From an uncultured Gammaproteobacteria bacterium (GTDB lineage Bacteria > Pseudomonadota > Gammaproteobacteria > GCA-002705445 > GCA-002716945), in NCBI GenBank assembly GCA_902559355.1, contig CACEHM010000002.1:171246-235245 (forward strand): 64,000 bases of DNA, given 5' to 3'. A model generated the notes under the pieces. It saw nothing but the letters and a program-made list of their open reading frames with translations. It was not told where the DNA came from and made no database searches. This document shows, in pieces, positions 1-11,320 of the stretch; position 1 is the first letter of the stretch; each line of letters starts with the position of its first letter. A program made the position numbers and the translations under genes.

Positions 1-366
1 ATTAAAGGCTTTTTAGAAACACTTGCTAAATCAGTTACAGCCAATCCATCGATGCCAATACGTTCAAAAAAAATAAGAAGAGTTTCTGCTGAATCAGTTC
101 ATGAAGAGATAGATCAAGACGATAATATACCTGATGAGACAATCGAAAATGAAAAAATAATACAAAATATTGAAAATGAACCACAAGAGATTAACCAAGA
201 GACATCAGTCTTATCTGATGATAACTTGTCAGGCATTGATCTAGCCAGGGCATTAATTCAAAGTGATGAAAAAGACAAAGCAAAAGAAGTATTGTTAGAT
301 ATCATTAAAAATGGCTCAGCTAACGATGCACATGAGGCGAGAGTACTTAATCTACAAATAAGTTAA
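1..366 (+). CDS. fimV: FimV-like protein, C-terminal domain (5'-truncated by window edge)
   Basis: The ORF is open from nt 1 in frame 1. Its C-terminus (DLARALIQSDEKDKAKEVLLDIIKNGS...HEARVLNLQIS) matches the FimV C-terminal motif, and it lies directly upstream of truA as in Pseudomonas-type synteny. Confidence 0.55.
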   Translation: MKGFLETLAKSVTANPSMPIRSKKIRRVSAESVHEEIDQDDNIPDETIENEKIIQNIENEPQEINQETSVLSDDNLSGIDLARALIQSDEKDKAKEVLLDIIKNGSANDAHEARVLNLQIS

Positions 367-1148
367 TGAGGCTTGCCTTATCAATTGAGTATATTGGCAG
401 TAAATATTATGGCTGGCAAAAACAAAATACTAATTCTACTAACACTATCCAGTTTTATGTTGACGCAGCGTTAACGAAAATTGCAAATCATGAAATTAAA
501 ACTGTTTGCTCTGGGAGAACGGATACAGGTGTAAATGCTCTTAATCAAGTAGTTCACTTTGATACAACATCGAGAAGGCTCGATAAAAATTGGATCGATG
601 GTGTGAATTCTAATTTACCAAACGATATAAGAATCAAAAATATTTATCATGTTGATACAGAATTTCATGCTAGATTCCAAGCACTGTCAAGAACATATCA
701 TTATTACATTAATAATAATGCTGATAGTACAATCTTTAATAATTCTTATACATGGATAATAAAAGATAAGCTTTCAATTACTAAAATGAAATCATCATTG
801 AAATATTTAAATGGATTACAAGATTTTACAAGTTTTAGATCTTCAGGTTGTCAGGCTAATACTCCATTAAGACATATTATAAATACATCAATAAAAAAAA
901 ATAAAAATATCATTATATTTTCAATCACTGCAAATGCTTTCTTATATCATATGGTAAGAAATATTATTGGGACTATTGTTGATGTTGGGACTAATAAAAT
1001 AACACCTAGCGATCTACGTAACATTATTAATAAAAAGGATAGAAAATATTGCAGTAAAATGGCACCTGCGAATGGACTTTTCTTATGGAAAGTATCCTAT
1101 CCTCGCAAATATAAAATTAATTATAATAGTGAATCTATCTTGTTGTAA
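366..1148 (+). CDS. truA: tRNA pseudouridine(38-40) synthase TruA
   Basis: The N-terminus MRLALSIEYIGSKYYGWQKQ and the catalytic-Asp motif CSGRTDTGVNAL are characteristic of TruA. The gene is coupled to the fimV stop by a TAATG overlap. Confidence 0.9.
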   Translation: MRLALSIEYIGSKYYGWQKQNTNSTNTIQFYVDAALTKIANHEIKTVCSGRTDTGVNALNQVVHFDTTSRRLDKNWIDGVNSNLPNDIRIKNIYHVDTEFHARFQALSRTYHYYINNNADSTIFNNSYTWIIKDKLSITKMKSSLKYLNGLQDFTSFRSSGCQANTPLRHIINTSIKKNKNIIIFSITANAFLYHMVRNIIGTIVDVGTNKITPSDLRNIINKKDRKYCSKMAPANGLFLWKVSYPRKYKINYNSESILL

Positions 1149-1157
1149 TATAAAGAT

Positions 1158-1784
1158 ATGACAACTCAAATTAAACTTTGTGGATTTAAAAATATTGAAG
1201 ATATTATTTTTGCTTCTTCGCTTGATATTGATTACTTAGGCATGATTTTTGTTCAAGATATGCCGAGAACAATTGATATCAAAACTGCAATTAGAGCTGT
1301 TAGTATTTGTAAAGATAATGATATTAAATCTGTAGGGGTCTTCTTAAATCAGAGCGTGGAAGATATCTCAAGTGTTATAAATAAAGTGGATTTAGATATT
1401 ATTCAACTACATGGCAATGAGAATATAGATGACTATACTATTTTTAATAAAGATATTATTAACACGATACATGCTTCAGAAAATATTCAATCTCAACTAT
1501 CAAAAATAAATTTAAATAAACATATGCATCTTATTGATGCAACTGATAATCAAATGAGAGGCGGTTCAGGCATAACATTTGATTGGAATATTTTAAAAGA
1601 CCTTAACTGTGAGAAGTTATTTATTGCTGGTGGTTTGAAACCTGATAATATATTAGACTTACTCAGAAGATATACTCCAAGATGTGTTGATGTTAGTAGT
1701 GGAATTGAGCGTAAGGTTGGATACAAAGACCATAAAATTATGAGTGATTTTGTAGAAACCATAAGAACATATTATGAAAAATAA
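1158..1784 (+). CDS. trpF: phosphoribosylanthranilate isomerase
   Basis: The N-terminus [12 protein letters not shown] and the C-terminal GGL...DV..SGIE pattern fit TrpF, and the gene directly precedes trpBA. Confidence 0.8.
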   Translation: MTTQIKLCGFKNIEDIIFASSLDIDYLGMIFVQDMPRTIDIKTAIRAVSICKDNDIKSVGVFLNQSVEDISSVINKVDLDIIQLHGNENIDDYTIFNKDIINTIHASENIQSQLSKINLNKHMHLIDATDNQMRGGSGITFDWNILKDLNCEKLFIAGGLKPDNILDLLRRYTPRCVDVSSGIERKVGYKDHKIMSDFVETIRTYYEK

Positions 1785-2979
1785 AATCAACTTAAAAGAC
1801 TATCCCGATAGATCAGGTCATTTTGACATTTTTGGAGGTGTCTATGTATCTGAGACATTAATTCATCCACTAAAAGAGTTATTCAGCGCATATAAGTCTA
1901 TTGCAACATCTGCAAGTTTTAGAAAAATACTTAAAGCTGAACTTAAAGATTATGTTGGGAGGCCAACTCCAATTTACTATGCTGAAGCTCTGAGCAAATA
2001 TCTTGGTAAATCTCACATATACCTCAAAAGAGAGGATTTAAATCATACCGGTGCACACAAAATCAATAACGCTCTAGGACAAGCATTACTTGCAAAGAAA
2101 ATGGGCAAAACAAGAATTATTGCAGAAACTGGTGCTGGACAGCATGGAGTAGCAACAGCAACAGCATGCGCAAGGCTAAATTTGAAATGCGTTGTTTATA
2201 TGGGAGAACAAGATATTCAAAGACAGTCAGTGAATGTTTACAGAATGAAACTTTTAGGTGCTGAAGTTGTGTCAGTAAATTCTGGCACCAAAACACTCAA
2301 AGATGCACTTAATGAAGCACTGAGAGATTGGGTTACTAATGTTGATGATACACATTATATAATTGGTTCAGTTGCTGGGCCTCACCCTTATCCAATGATA
2401 GTACGTGACTTTCAGTCAGTAATTGGTCACGAGGCAAGAGCTCAATTTAAGCGGGACTATAAATGTCTGCCTGATTACTTAATAGCTTGTGTGGGAGGCG
2501 GATCTAATGCTATAGGGTTGTTCCATCCTTTTTTGAACGACGATGTAAAAATTATTGGAGTAGAAGCTGGTGGTTCCGGTATTAAAACAGGTAAACATGC
2601 AGCACCCTTAAGCGCGGGAACTCCTGGAGTGCTTCATGGCAACAAGACATATATTATGGAAGATAAGAATGGTCAAATTAAAAATACACATTCTATTTCA
2701 GCTGGCTTGGATTACCCAGGAGTTGGTCCTGAACATTCCTGGCTTAAAGATTTAAATAGAGTGGAATATACATCTGTAACAGACAAAGAAGCTTTAAATG
2801 CATTTTTTACATTAACTCAAAAAGAAGGAATTATCCCTGCTCTTGAAACAGCCCATGCGCTTGCATATGCATTTAAACTTGCAAAAAATTCTAAACATAA
2901 AAAGTTATTAATTAATTTATCTGGAAGAGGAGATAAAGATATTGATACGATTGCCAAATTAAAAAATATTAAATTATGA
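1774..2979 (+). CDS. trpB: tryptophan synthase beta chain
   Basis: Contains [39 protein letters not shown], the PLP-lysine region of TrpB. Confidence 0.95.
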   Translation: MKNKINLKDYPDRSGHFDIFGGVYVSETLIHPLKELFSAYKSIATSASFRKILKAELKDYVGRPTPIYYAEALSKYLGKSHIYLKREDLNHTGAHKINNALGQALLAKKMGKTRIIAETGAGQHGVATATACARLNLKCVVYMGEQDIQRQSVNVYRMKLLGAEVVSVNSGTKTLKDALNEALRDWVTNVDDTHYIIGSVAGPHPYPMIVRDFQSVIGHEARAQFKRDYKCLPDYLIACVGGGSNAIGLFHPFLNDDVKIIGVEAGGSGIKTGKHAAPLSAGTPGVLHGNKTYIMEDKNGQIKNTHSISAGLDYPGVGPEHSWLKDLNRVEYTSVTDKEALNAFFTLTQKEGIIPALETAHALAYAFKLAKNSKHKKLLINLSGRGDKDIDTIAKLKNIKL

Positions 2980-3782
2980 CTTCAAGAATCCCGTTTATAT
3001 TTAGAGAAAACGCCAAGAAAAATAAAAAAACATTTATTAGTTATTTAGTATGTGGGGATCCATCTAAAAATGACACTCTGATAGCTATGAAAATAATGGC
3101 TGATTCCGGAGTTGATGTAATTGAGCTAGGTATACCTTTTACTGATCCTATTGCAGATGGCCCAGTAATACAAAAAAGCATTGATAGAGCTTTAAAAAAT
3201 AATGTCTCACTAAAAGATGTTATATCTGTTGTTGAAAAGTTTAGAAAAACTAATAAAAAAACTGCAGTTGTACTCATGGGTTATATGAACCCGGTACATA
3301 AGATGGGTGTTGAAAAATTTACTAAATCAATTAATAAGAATGATATCGATGGAGTTCTGATTGTAGATTCACCACCTGAGGAATCAATAGACTTAAATTC
3401 ATCTCTTAAAAAATATAATAAATCTCATATATATCTTGCTTCACCAACTACGACTGACCAAAGAATGAGAAGTATTACTCAGATGTCATCAGGTTATGTT
3501 TATTATGTCACTGTTAAGGGAATAACTGGTTCAAAGTTGACTGATATATCAACAATTAAGAAAAATGTAGCTAAAATAAAAAAGTATTCTAAAAATAATA
3601 TTCCTGTTGCTGTTGGTTTTGGAATAAAAGACAGTAAATCAGCCAAACAGATGTCTAAGTTTTCAGATGGTATAATAATAGGGAGTTCTATAGTAGAATT
3701 AATCCATAAGCATTCGAATAATAAAAATGTTATGAAAAAAAATCTTACAAGCTACCTTTCATCAATCTCTAGAGCTATATAA
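2976..3782 (+). CDS. trpA: tryptophan synthase alpha chain
   Basis: Overlaps trpB by 4 nt. Contains TrpA-type motifs ([21 protein letters not shown]). Confidence 0.9.
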   Translation: MTSRIPFIFRENAKKNKKTFISYLVCGDPSKNDTLIAMKIMADSGVDVIELGIPFTDPIADGPVIQKSIDRALKNNVSLKDVISVVEKFRKTNKKTAVVLMGYMNPVHKMGVEKFTKSINKNDIDGVLIVDSPPEESIDLNSSLKKYNKSHIYLASPTTTDQRMRSITQMSSGYVYYVTVKGITGSKLTDISTIKKNVAKIKKYSKNNIPVAVGFGIKDSKSAKQMSKFSDGIIIGSSIVELIHKHSNNKNVMKKNLTSYLSSISRAI

Positions 3783-4648
3783 TGAGCTGGTTAGATAAAA
3801 TATTGCCTTCAAGAATTCGTGCCACTAAAGATGATAAAGGTTCAGTCCCTGAAGGACTATGGCATAAATGCAGTAATTGCGGTGCTGTACTATATACTGC
3901 TGAATTTGATAAAAATTCCCATGTTTGTCCAAAATGTAATCATCATGAAAGAATATCTGCGAGAAAAAGAGTAAACATTTTTCTTGATAAGGGTGATCAT
4001 GAAGAAATGTTTAATAATCTCTCTCCAAGAGATATGCTCAAATTTAAAGACAAACAAAAGTATCAAGATAAATTCCAACAGTCTCAAGAGAAAACAGGTG
4101 AAAAAGATGCGCTTTTAGTGTTTAAAGGAAACCTAAAAAACATACCTGTGATAGTTTGTGCCTTTGAATACTCTTTTTTTGGAGGATCAATGGGGTCTGT
4201 TGTCGGAGAAAAGTTTATTAGAGCAGTAAAGCTGTCTATCGAATTAAATAGACCATTAATATGTTTCTCTGCAAGTGGTGGAGCAAGAATGCAAGAATCA
4301 TTGTTCTCATTATTTCAAATGTCTAAAACAAGTGCTGCATTAGCAGAATTATCTGATCATGCGATACCATACATATCTGTATTGACAGATCCAACCATGG
4401 GTGGTGTGTCAGCAAGCCTGGCAGTATTAGGTGATATAAATATTGCTGAACCTAATGCTCTCATCGGATTTGCTGGGCCAAGAGTTATAGAGCAAACTGT
4501 TAGAGAAAAACTACCAGAGGGTTTTCAGCGTAGTGAGTTTCTTCAAGAACATGGAGCTATTGACATGATTGTAGAAAGGAAGGACCAGCCAGATAAGATT
4601 GCTAATATATTAAGTATTCTTGGTTTCCCTTATGAAAAGAAGATTTGA
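3782..4648 (+). CDS. accD: acetyl-CoA carboxylase carboxyltransferase subunit beta
   Basis: Has the N-terminal C4 zinc ribbon CSNCGAVLY...CPKCNHH followed by a carboxyltransferase domain. Confidence 0.9.
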   Translation: MSWLDKILPSRIRATKDDKGSVPEGLWHKCSNCGAVLYTAEFDKNSHVCPKCNHHERISARKRVNIFLDKGDHEEMFNNLSPRDMLKFKDKQKYQDKFQQSQEKTGEKDALLVFKGNLKNIPVIVCAFEYSFFGGSMGSVVGEKFIRAVKLSIELNRPLICFSASGGARMQESLFSLFQMSKTSAALAELSDHAIPYISVLTDPTMGGVSASLAVLGDINIAEPNALIGFAGPRVIEQTVREKLPEGFQRSEFLQEHGAIDMIVERKDQPDKIANILSILGFPYEKKI

Positions 4649-5927
4649 TACAGTTAATGAATGGTTAGAATGGCAACAAACTGTCCATCCTTTAAACATT
4701 GATTTTAAACTTGAAAGAATACTTAGCGTTTATGAAAAACTTGATGTAGCTAAGGTTGCTAAGAAAGTAATTACAGTTGCCGGCACTAATGGAAAAGGGT
4801 CAACTGTTTCTTTTTTAGAGTCTATACTCTGTAAGAATAATATCAATGTTGGCACTTTCACTTCTCCTCATATATTAAAATACAATGAACGAATAAAGAT
4901 TAACGGAAAGGAAGTAGATGATGAATCGTTGTTAAATGTTTTTGAATTAATCGATCAAAGAAGAGGTAACACAACCTTAACGTATTTTGAATTTGCGACG
5001 TTAAGTGCTTTTTATTTATTTAGTAAAGCAGACCTAGATGTCGTGGTATTAGAGGTTGGTTTAGGTGGACGATTAGATGCAACTAACATTATCGATTCAG
5101 ATGTCTCTATTATTACATCCATTGGAATTGATCATACTGAATTTCTTGGAGATACCATTGACAGTATCGCTCTTGAAAAAGCAGGAGTTATGAGATCATT
5201 TAAAAAATGTATTTTTGCGCAAGAAAATCCTCCTTCTGTACTATATAAATATTCTAAAAATAGATCTGTAAATCTGCTAACCCATAACAATGATTATACT
5301 GTTAATAGATACTCAGATTCCTGGTCCATAGTTTCGAAAGCTATGGAAATACACGATATTCCGAACTTAAAAATGATCGGAGATTACCAATATAATTATG
5401 CTACAGCATCTGTAATAGCTCTAAATGATATTTTACCCGAAGCATTATCTGATCAAGAGCTCCTTAAAAATGCACTTTGTGATACTTTGATACCAGGAAG
5501 GTTTCAGTATCTTCAGCATTCACCAGATATTATTCTTGACGTAGCTCACAACGAAGATGCAGCAAGAAGTCTTGCCACGAATATAAAACGACTAGGCTAT
5601 AATAACATCCATGTTGTTTTGGGAATACTCGCAGATAAGGATGTCTATAGCATTGTAAAGCCATTTTCACATCTTGTTGATCATTGGCATATTGGGACTA
5701 TTAGTAGTGAGAGAGGTATGAATGCTGAAGAAATCAAATTTCGGATAAAGTCGTTATTCAAAAACAAATTCTCAATAGAAACATATAATTCTATTTCTGC
5801 AGCTTACCATGAAGCAGTAAAACAACAAGATGATAACACCCTAATACTAGTCTATGGTTCCTTTTATACCGTATCTGAAGCATTGCAATCAAATAGCTAT
5901 ATATTAAAAAAAGAAGATGCGATTTAG
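4620..5927 (+). CDS. folC: dihydrofolate synthase / folylpolyglutamate synthase
   Basis: Contains the P-loop [13 protein letters not shown] of the Mur ligase family. The accD-folC order is conserved. The start may instead be the Met at 4632. Confidence 0.85.
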   Translation: MVSLMKRRFDTVNEWLEWQQTVHPLNIDFKLERILSVYEKLDVAKVAKKVITVAGTNGKGSTVSFLESILCKNNINVGTFTSPHILKYNERIKINGKEVDDESLLNVFELIDQRRGNTTLTYFEFATLSAFYLFSKADLDVVVLEVGLGGRLDATNIIDSDVSIITSIGIDHTEFLGDTIDSIALEKAGVMRSFKKCIFAQENPPSVLYKYSKNRSVNLLTHNNDYTVNRYSDSWSIVSKAMEIHDIPNLKMIGDYQYNYATASVIALNDILPEALSDQELLKNALCDTLIPGRFQYLQHSPDIILDVAHNEDAARSLATNIKRLGYNNIHVVLGILADKDVYSIVKPFSHLVDHWHIGTISSERGMNAEEIKFRIKSLFKNKFSIETYNSISAAYHEAVKQQDDNTLILVYGSFYTVSEALQSNSYILKKEDAI

Positions 5928-6321
5928 ACTAATTCTATTTATTTTTTTAATAACATATATATTTTCAGGCGTACTCTTAGGCTACTTTCAATCTACGGAG
6001 TCTATATCTTTTAAAGACATACAAGAACAAATTATTCTTGATGAAAATGAATTGAATGTTTTTGAAAAAAAATCATTAGATGATATTAATGTTACTGAAA
6101 AGAGAGTAAAAGCATGGCTCATACTAATTAACTATAATGAATCTAATGAGGTCGGCATTAAATCTATATTAGATAAAAGTGGTTATAAAACTAATCATAA
6201 TGAAAAAAAAATGTATTTCTCTTTAGGACCTTTTGCTGATATCTCTCATGCAAATAATGAGGCAAAGAAGTTAAAAAAAATATACAGCATTGATAGTAAA
6301 GTTGTAGACTTTATTTTCTAA
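5917..6321 (+). CDS. SPOR-domain cell-division protein (DedD-like)
   Basis: Has an N-terminal TM helix and a C-terminal SPOR-like segment (YFSLGPFADISHANNEAKKLKK). It sits between folC and cvpA as dedD does in enterics. Confidence 0.5.
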   Translation: MRFRLILFIFLITYIFSGVLLGYFQSTESISFKDIQEQIILDENELNVFEKKSLDDINVTEKRVKAWLILINYNESNEVGIKSILDKSGYKTNHNEKKMYFSLGPFADISHANNEAKKLKKIYSIDSKVVDFIF

Positions 6322-6806
6322 TGGCCATAGTCGATTATATATTTATTCTAATTACCATCATCTATTCGATTATTGGTCTTACCCGTGGTTTTTCTAAACA
6401 ACTTATTTCATTTATAGTGTGGGTTATTTTTCTTTTTATCGTCTTTAATTATCTATCAGAACTTACAGATATAATCTCGAGCTACACTGCTCTTAGTTTG
6501 CAATATAATAGAATTATTGGCATCACCACACTTATATTATTGAGTCTGTTTAGCATATTTATATTAAATTTAACACTAGCAAAAATTATAGCTTCTGTAG
6601 TTTTTGAAAATTCTAACAGGATCCTTGGTCTACTCATGTCATTTGTGAAGGCACAAATTTATATATTGGTATTTATTCTTATTATAGTAGATACATCTTT
6701 TGCTGATGATATTCTAGATGAGTCATATATAACGCCATATTACCTTTATTTTATTGAATATATTTCTAATTATGATGATTCACTCTTTAATACTTTTAAA
6801 ATATAA
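6321..6806 (+). CDS. cvpA: colicin V production protein CvpA (membrane)
   Basis: Four predicted TM helices, placed immediately upstream of purF. Confidence 0.7.
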   Translation: MAIVDYIFILITIIYSIIGLTRGFSKQLISFIVWVIFLFIVFNYLSELTDIISSYTALSLQYNRIIGITTLILLSLFSIFILNLTLAKIIASVVFENSNRILGLLMSFVKAQIYILVFILIIVDTSFADDILDESYITPYYLYFIEYISNYDDSLFNTFKI

Positions 6807-6821
6807 ATATAATGTGCATAT

Positions 6822-8333
6822 ATGTGTGGCATTGTAGCTGTATCTGGAAGTAAAGATGTGATTCATGACATCTACGAGTCCCTGACTGTGTTACAGCATA
6901 GAGGTCAAGATGCTTCCGGAATACTTACCAATCACAAAGGTAAAATTACACTACGAAAATCATTAGGATTAGTTAGAGACGGTTTCTCTAAAAAACACAT
7001 TGATAGATTACGTGGATCTATAGGTATAGGACATGTACGTTATCCAACTGCAGGACACGCAGACAATTCTTCAGAAGCCCAACCTTTTTATGTAAATTCA
7101 CCCTATGGTATAGCATTAGCGCATAATGGAAATTTAATAAATTCTGATAAATTAAAATCTGATTTATTTAAAGAAGATCTGAGACATATTAATACGAAAT
7201 CAGATTCTGAAATTTTGCTTAATATCTTTGCTCATGAGTTATATCTTCACAGTAAAGTGGCATTTACGCCAGATAGCGTATTCTATGCTGTAGCTGGTGT
7301 ACACAGAAGAGTAAAAGGAGCTTATGCTGTCGTATCTTTGATTACTGATAAAGGTGTAGTAGCTTTTAGAGACCCTCATGGTATACGCCCCTTATGCTAT
7401 GGCCACAGAATTGTTGATGGTAAAACTGAAACAATGATTGCTTCAGAATCAGTGGCACTTGATTCAGCTGGTTACACATTAGAGAGGGATGTTAAACCTG
7501 GTGAGGCAATATTTATTGATATGGATGGTAATGTTCACACAAGATTATGTGCAAAAACAAATAGCTTCAACCCTTGTATATTCGAATACGTTTATTTTGC
7601 AAGGCCTGATTCTATAATTGATGGAATCTCAGTTTACAAAGCTAGAATGAATATGGGAACAGCACTTGCGAATAATATCAAAAATGCATTCCCAAATAAT
7701 GATATAGATGTTGTTATACCTATTCCTGATACAAGCAGAATATCAGCATTAGAATTATCTGCTAAACTTAAAATTCCATTTAGAGAAGGCTTTATAAAAA
7801 ATAGATATATTGGAAGAACGTTTATCATGTCTGAACAAAATGAAAGATCTAAATCTGTAAAAAGAAAATTAAATGCCATTAAATCGGAATTTAAAGACAA
7901 AACAGTTTTACTGGTAGATGATTCGATAGTTAGAGGCACTACATCAAAACAAATTGTTGAAATGGCTAGAGAAGCTGGAGCAAAGAAAGTTTATATGGCA
8001 TCCGCTGCACCTCCAGTCAAATTTCCTAATGTTTATGGTATTGATATGCCTGCTAGTAAAGAATTCATAGCAGATAATCGAACCATCGATGAAATAGCTC
8101 AATTTATTGGTTGTGATAAAATATTTTATCAAGATATTAATGATCTTATTGAATCTGTAAAATCTGAAAGCAAAGAAATATCAAGTTTTGACTCATCATG
8201 TTTTAGTGGCAAATATATTACTGGAAATGTGGATAAAGAGTACTTAACTGCTCTTGATAAATTAAGAAATGATGCTGAGAAAATAAAGAATAGTCAAAAA
8301 GAACAAACTTTTGATGAAGTAGTTGTTTACTAA
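6822..8333 (+). CDS. purF: amidophosphoribosyltransferase
   Basis: MCGIVAV Ntn nucleophile start plus a PRPP-binding motif (VLLVDDSIVRGTT). Confidence 0.95.
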   Translation: MCGIVAVSGSKDVIHDIYESLTVLQHRGQDASGILTNHKGKITLRKSLGLVRDGFSKKHIDRLRGSIGIGHVRYPTAGHADNSSEAQPFYVNSPYGIALAHNGNLINSDKLKSDLFKEDLRHINTKSDSEILLNIFAHELYLHSKVAFTPDSVFYAVAGVHRRVKGAYAVVSLITDKGVVAFRDPHGIRPLCYGHRIVDGKTETMIASESVALDSAGYTLERDVKPGEAIFIDMDGNVHTRLCAKTNSFNPCIFEYVYFARPDSIIDGISVYKARMNMGTALANNIKNAFPNNDIDVVIPIPDTSRISALELSAKLKIPFREGFIKNRYIGRTFIMSEQNERSKSVKRKLNAIKSEFKDKTVLLVDDSIVRGTTSKQIVEMAREAGAKKVYMASAAPPVKFPNVYGIDMPASKEFIADNRTIDEIAQFIGCDKIFYQDINDLIESVKSESKEISSFDSSCFSGKYITGNVDKEYLTALDKLRNDAEKIKNSQKEQTFDEVVVY

Positions 8334-8355
8334 TTTTTATTATTTTAATTATTGA

Positions 8356-8817
8356 ATGATATTTATTAATACAGCCAGACAAAAACTTTATCTCTTAGAT
8401 GATAATAAAATTAAATATGAATTTCCTGTATCAACTTCTTTCAATGGAACAGGTTGTCAAGAAGATTCATATAAAACTCCTATTGGTCTTCATACTGTAA
8501 TATCTAAAATTGGCGCCGGCTTACCACCAGGAACATTATTTAAAAATCGTAGGCCAACAAAAAGAATAGTAAATCTTTTACCACAAGATCAATATGATTA
8601 TATTACATCAAGAATAATTAGGCTGAGTGGATTAGAAGATGACATTAATAAAGGAGGAAATGTAGATACGTACAATAGATATATATATATTCATGGTACG
8701 CCACATATTGATAGACTAGGGGAGCCGGAATCACATGGGTGCATTAGAATGTCTGATGATGATGTGATTACTCTCTTTAATGCTATAGATTATAAGACCC
8801 TTGTCCTGATTGATTAA
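8356..8817 (+). CDS. L,D-transpeptidase (YkuD) catalytic-domain protein
   Basis: Contains the YkuD His/Cys catalytic signature HGT...SHGCIRMSDDDV. Confidence 0.6.
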   Translation: MIFINTARQKLYLLDDNKIKYEFPVSTSFNGTGCQEDSYKTPIGLHTVISKIGAGLPPGTLFKNRRPTKRIVNLLPQDQYDYITSRIIRLSGLEDDINKGGNVDTYNRYIYIHGTPHIDRLGEPESHGCIRMSDDDVITLFNAIDYKTLVLID

Positions 8818-9473
8818 ATATAATCTTTTAATTCTAATGCATTATAAATTATTAAGTCTGAGTTCCAAGATCTCACATTAATATCGTTACTAATGAAACC
8901 AAAATCTGCTGCTACAGTATTCATTCCTGCATCTCTACCAGCAATAATATCTCTTTCATCATCACCCACATAGATAATCTCATCAACGTTGCATTGAATC
9001 TCTTCAGCTGCCTTAATTAAACCATCAATTGCTGGTTTAGCATTAAGAACCATATCGCCAGTTATTACGCAATTTAATTTTTTGGTTAAGCCTAGACCAT
9101 CAATTATTTTTTTAACATATCTAGAATGTTTATTCGTTACTATACCAATCATTATATTTTTTTTTATCAGATAATTTAGTAGCTTATCCATATCTTTATT
9201 TAATTTTGTTTCAACAAAAGGATGATGTTTATAGTCATCTAAAAACTCTGATCGCAATAGTGATGAGTCAATATCTCTCCCATTAATATGTGATGCATAT
9301 TCAATAACACCGACAGCCCCTCTAGATATATGCTTTTTTAAATTCATACAGTCTACAGTTTTTAATTTATGAGAAACTAATACTCTATTAAGAGATGAAC
9401 ACATATCTGGAGAGGTATCTGCAAGAGTACCATCTAGATCGAATAAGACAGCTTTAATTTTATTTTTCTGCAT
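8814..9473 (-). CDS. HAD-superfamily phosphatase (Gph/MupP-like)
   Basis: Has HAD motif I (KIKAVLFDLDGTLADT) and motif IV (VGDDERDIIAGRDAG). It lies downstream of ubiG as in Pseudomonas. I preferred the Met at 9473 because it puts motif I near the N-terminus, although the ORF is open back to 9521. Confidence 0.65.
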   Translation of the reverse strand: MQKNKIKAVLFDLDGTLADTSPDMCSSLNRVLVSHKLKTVDCMNLKKHISRGAVGVIEYASHINGRDIDSSLLRSEFLDDYKHHPFVETKLNKDMDKLLNYLIKKNIMIGIVTNKHSRYVKKIIDGLGLTKKLNCVITGDMVLNAKPAIDGLIKAAEEIQCNVDEIIYVGDDERDIIAGRDAGMNTVAADFGFISNDINVRSWNSDLIIYNALELKDYI

Positions 9474-10146
9474 ATAGAAAATAATTAATATCAGTATTGT
9501 TTGATAAAACAAACGATTCATCTATAGGGTTAAAATTTAATCCACTTATATCACTTAAATTATAATTATTATTTTCTACCATTTTTGATAGTTCATATGG
9601 CGTTATGAATTTTGCATATTGATGAGTTCCTTTTGGTACATAATTTAGGATATATTCAGCCATTATTTTAGCTAATATAAATGATTTCAGATTCCTGTTA
9701 ATTGTAGATAAAAACAATCCAGATTTTTTTGCGCTTAGCTCATTAATTTTTTTGATTAATTTATTTGGTTTGTCTATGTGCTCAATCATTTCAAAACAAA
9801 CAATAAAATCAAAATTGTCACTACCAGTAATGTCAAAAATAGATTTGTTAATATATTTTATATCATAATTTTTCTCTTCAGCATGTTGTCTAGCGATTGT
9901 GATTGATTTACTTGATGAGTCTATACCCGTTACTATAGCTCCTTGTTTATGTAATTGTTCAGAAAGAATCCCACCTCCACATCCAATATCTAAGACTCTT
10001 TTACCATGGATGTTACATTTTGATAATATATATTCTAGTCTTACGGGGTTTAATCTATGAAGAAGCTTATAGTGACCAGACTTATTCCACCAATCATAAG
10101 CGAATTCATCAAAATGGGATTCTTGATAAGACTCTTTTTTATTCAT
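9460..10146 (-). CDS. ubiG: ubiquinone biosynthesis O-methyltransferase
   Basis: Contains the SAM-binding motif VLDIGCGGGILSE. It is divergent from gyrA, as in enteric and pseudomonad synteny. Confidence 0.85.
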   Translation of the reverse strand: MNKKESYQESHFDEFAYDWWNKSGHYKLLHRLNPVRLEYILSKCNIHGKRVLDIGCGGGILSEQLHKQGAIVTGIDSSSKSITIARQHAEEKNYDIKYINKSIFDITGSDNFDFIVCFEMIEHIDKPNKLIKKINELSAKKSGLFLSTINRNLKSFILAKIMAEYILNYVPKGTHQYAKFITPYELSKMVENNNYNLSDISGLNFNPIDESFVLSNNTDINYFLYAEK

Positions 10147-11222
10147 TACATTTTATATTGTTCACCTGCTGACCATACATGAGTTAAGCTTTGCTTGTCA
10201 AGAATGCTTAGTTTGGGATTACAATTCTTATTTTTAAGAAGTTGATTTGATGTAAAGTCAAATAAGTTAAAAGATGCCTTATTACCTCTCTTTATAGATC
10301 CTGCAGATATGAAATTAGAAAAAAGGTTTGATGCATTTTCTGTAACACAGTTGATAATTTTATTTTTATCAAAAATATTATTTGGGTTAGTATCTAGTTT
10401 CTCAATTATTTTAATAATTTGGTATAAATCATATGAATTAAATGTTTCAGTTATCAAAACACATTTAGTTTTCTTTTCAAGTAGATGTAGGTATTTCATT
10501 ATATTATCAATACTTAATAATTCATTATATGAAATTATAGCTGTGATGTTCTTTTTTTTAAAATTAGTTATCCAATAATTATTTAAACTAAGAGCCCCAT
10601 GCAAGTAACTATTATTAATTAGATTTATTTCACTCCAAAAAGTTACTAGATCATTAATTTTTTCCTTGTCTGTTATATTTTGAAGACAATTTCCTTTGAT
10701 ATGTAAATTAATATCAATTTCATTTAAAATGGACGATAATTTTATAATAATATCTTGATCAAAATCTATAATATTATTTAGACTTATACAAAACTGCTTA
10801 CTTGAATCAGATTTATAAAAGTCCAACACATCAGTCATTTCCTTTATGTCTGCCTGCTGAATGGTTTTCCCATCTAGTTCTATTATATGAACTATATCTA
10901 CCTGACTAATATCAATACTCATTATATCTTTATAATTCTTGCCATGTATGCATAATCTGGTGACACCGTTTTTTAATAATGACTTCATTTTTGTTTCAAC
11001 TTCTATTTTATTTAAACAATTATTTGAATTAAGATAGCTTTCTGTAAATGTAGGCATTAATACATGGTTTGGATATTCGATTCTAGATATTCCTTTGTAC
11101 TTTTTTTCAATAGTTTCATTTTTTAAAATTTCTGTAATTATAGGACCATCTATCAGAATAGATTTATCTATTTCTAGTTTAGTATTGTTCAAATAAATCC
11201 ATTTTGGAGATACAATTAACAT
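10146..11222 (-). CDS. amidohydrolase-family protein (TRZ/ATZ, MtaD-like), possibly catalytically degenerate
   Basis: The C-terminal GSIKRGNKASFNLFDF resembles the amidohydrolase G-S-[IL]-E-x-G-K-x-A-D-hhhhD motif. The N-terminal HVLMPTFTESY occupies the position of HVLMPGLIDAHTH, so the HxH metal ligands are not conserved. Its position upstream of ubiG matches mtaD in pseudomonads. Confidence 0.4.
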   Translation of the reverse strand: MLIVSPKWIYLNNTKLEIDKSILIDGPIITEILKNETIEKKYKGISRIEYPNHVLMPTFTESYLNSNNCLNKIEVETKMKSLLKNGVTRLCIHGKNYKDIMSIDISQVDIVHIIELDGKTIQQADIKEMTDVLDFYKSDSSKQFCISLNNIIDFDQDIIIKLSSILNEIDINLHIKGNCLQNITDKEKINDLVTFWSEINLINNSYLHGALSLNNYWITNFKKKNITAIISYNELLSIDNIMKYLHLLEKKTKCVLITETFNSYDLYQIIKIIEKLDTNPNNIFDKNKIINCVTENASNLFSNFISAGSIKRGNKASFNLFDFTSNQLLKNKNCNPKLSILDKQSLTHVWSAGEQYKM

Positions 11223-11320
11223 TATAAAATTCTATCCTGTTCGTGACTCAATTTATATCGTTTATAATCACTATTTATGCTAAAATAATGAGCATAAAAT
11301 GCCTCAAAAATTAACCATTA

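Noticed and set aside
6806-6835. Short palindrome CATATATG between cvpA and purF as a possible PurR box
   Set aside because: It does not resemble the 16-bp PurR operator (ACGCAAACGTTTGCGT) and is too short and AT-simple to be meaningful.
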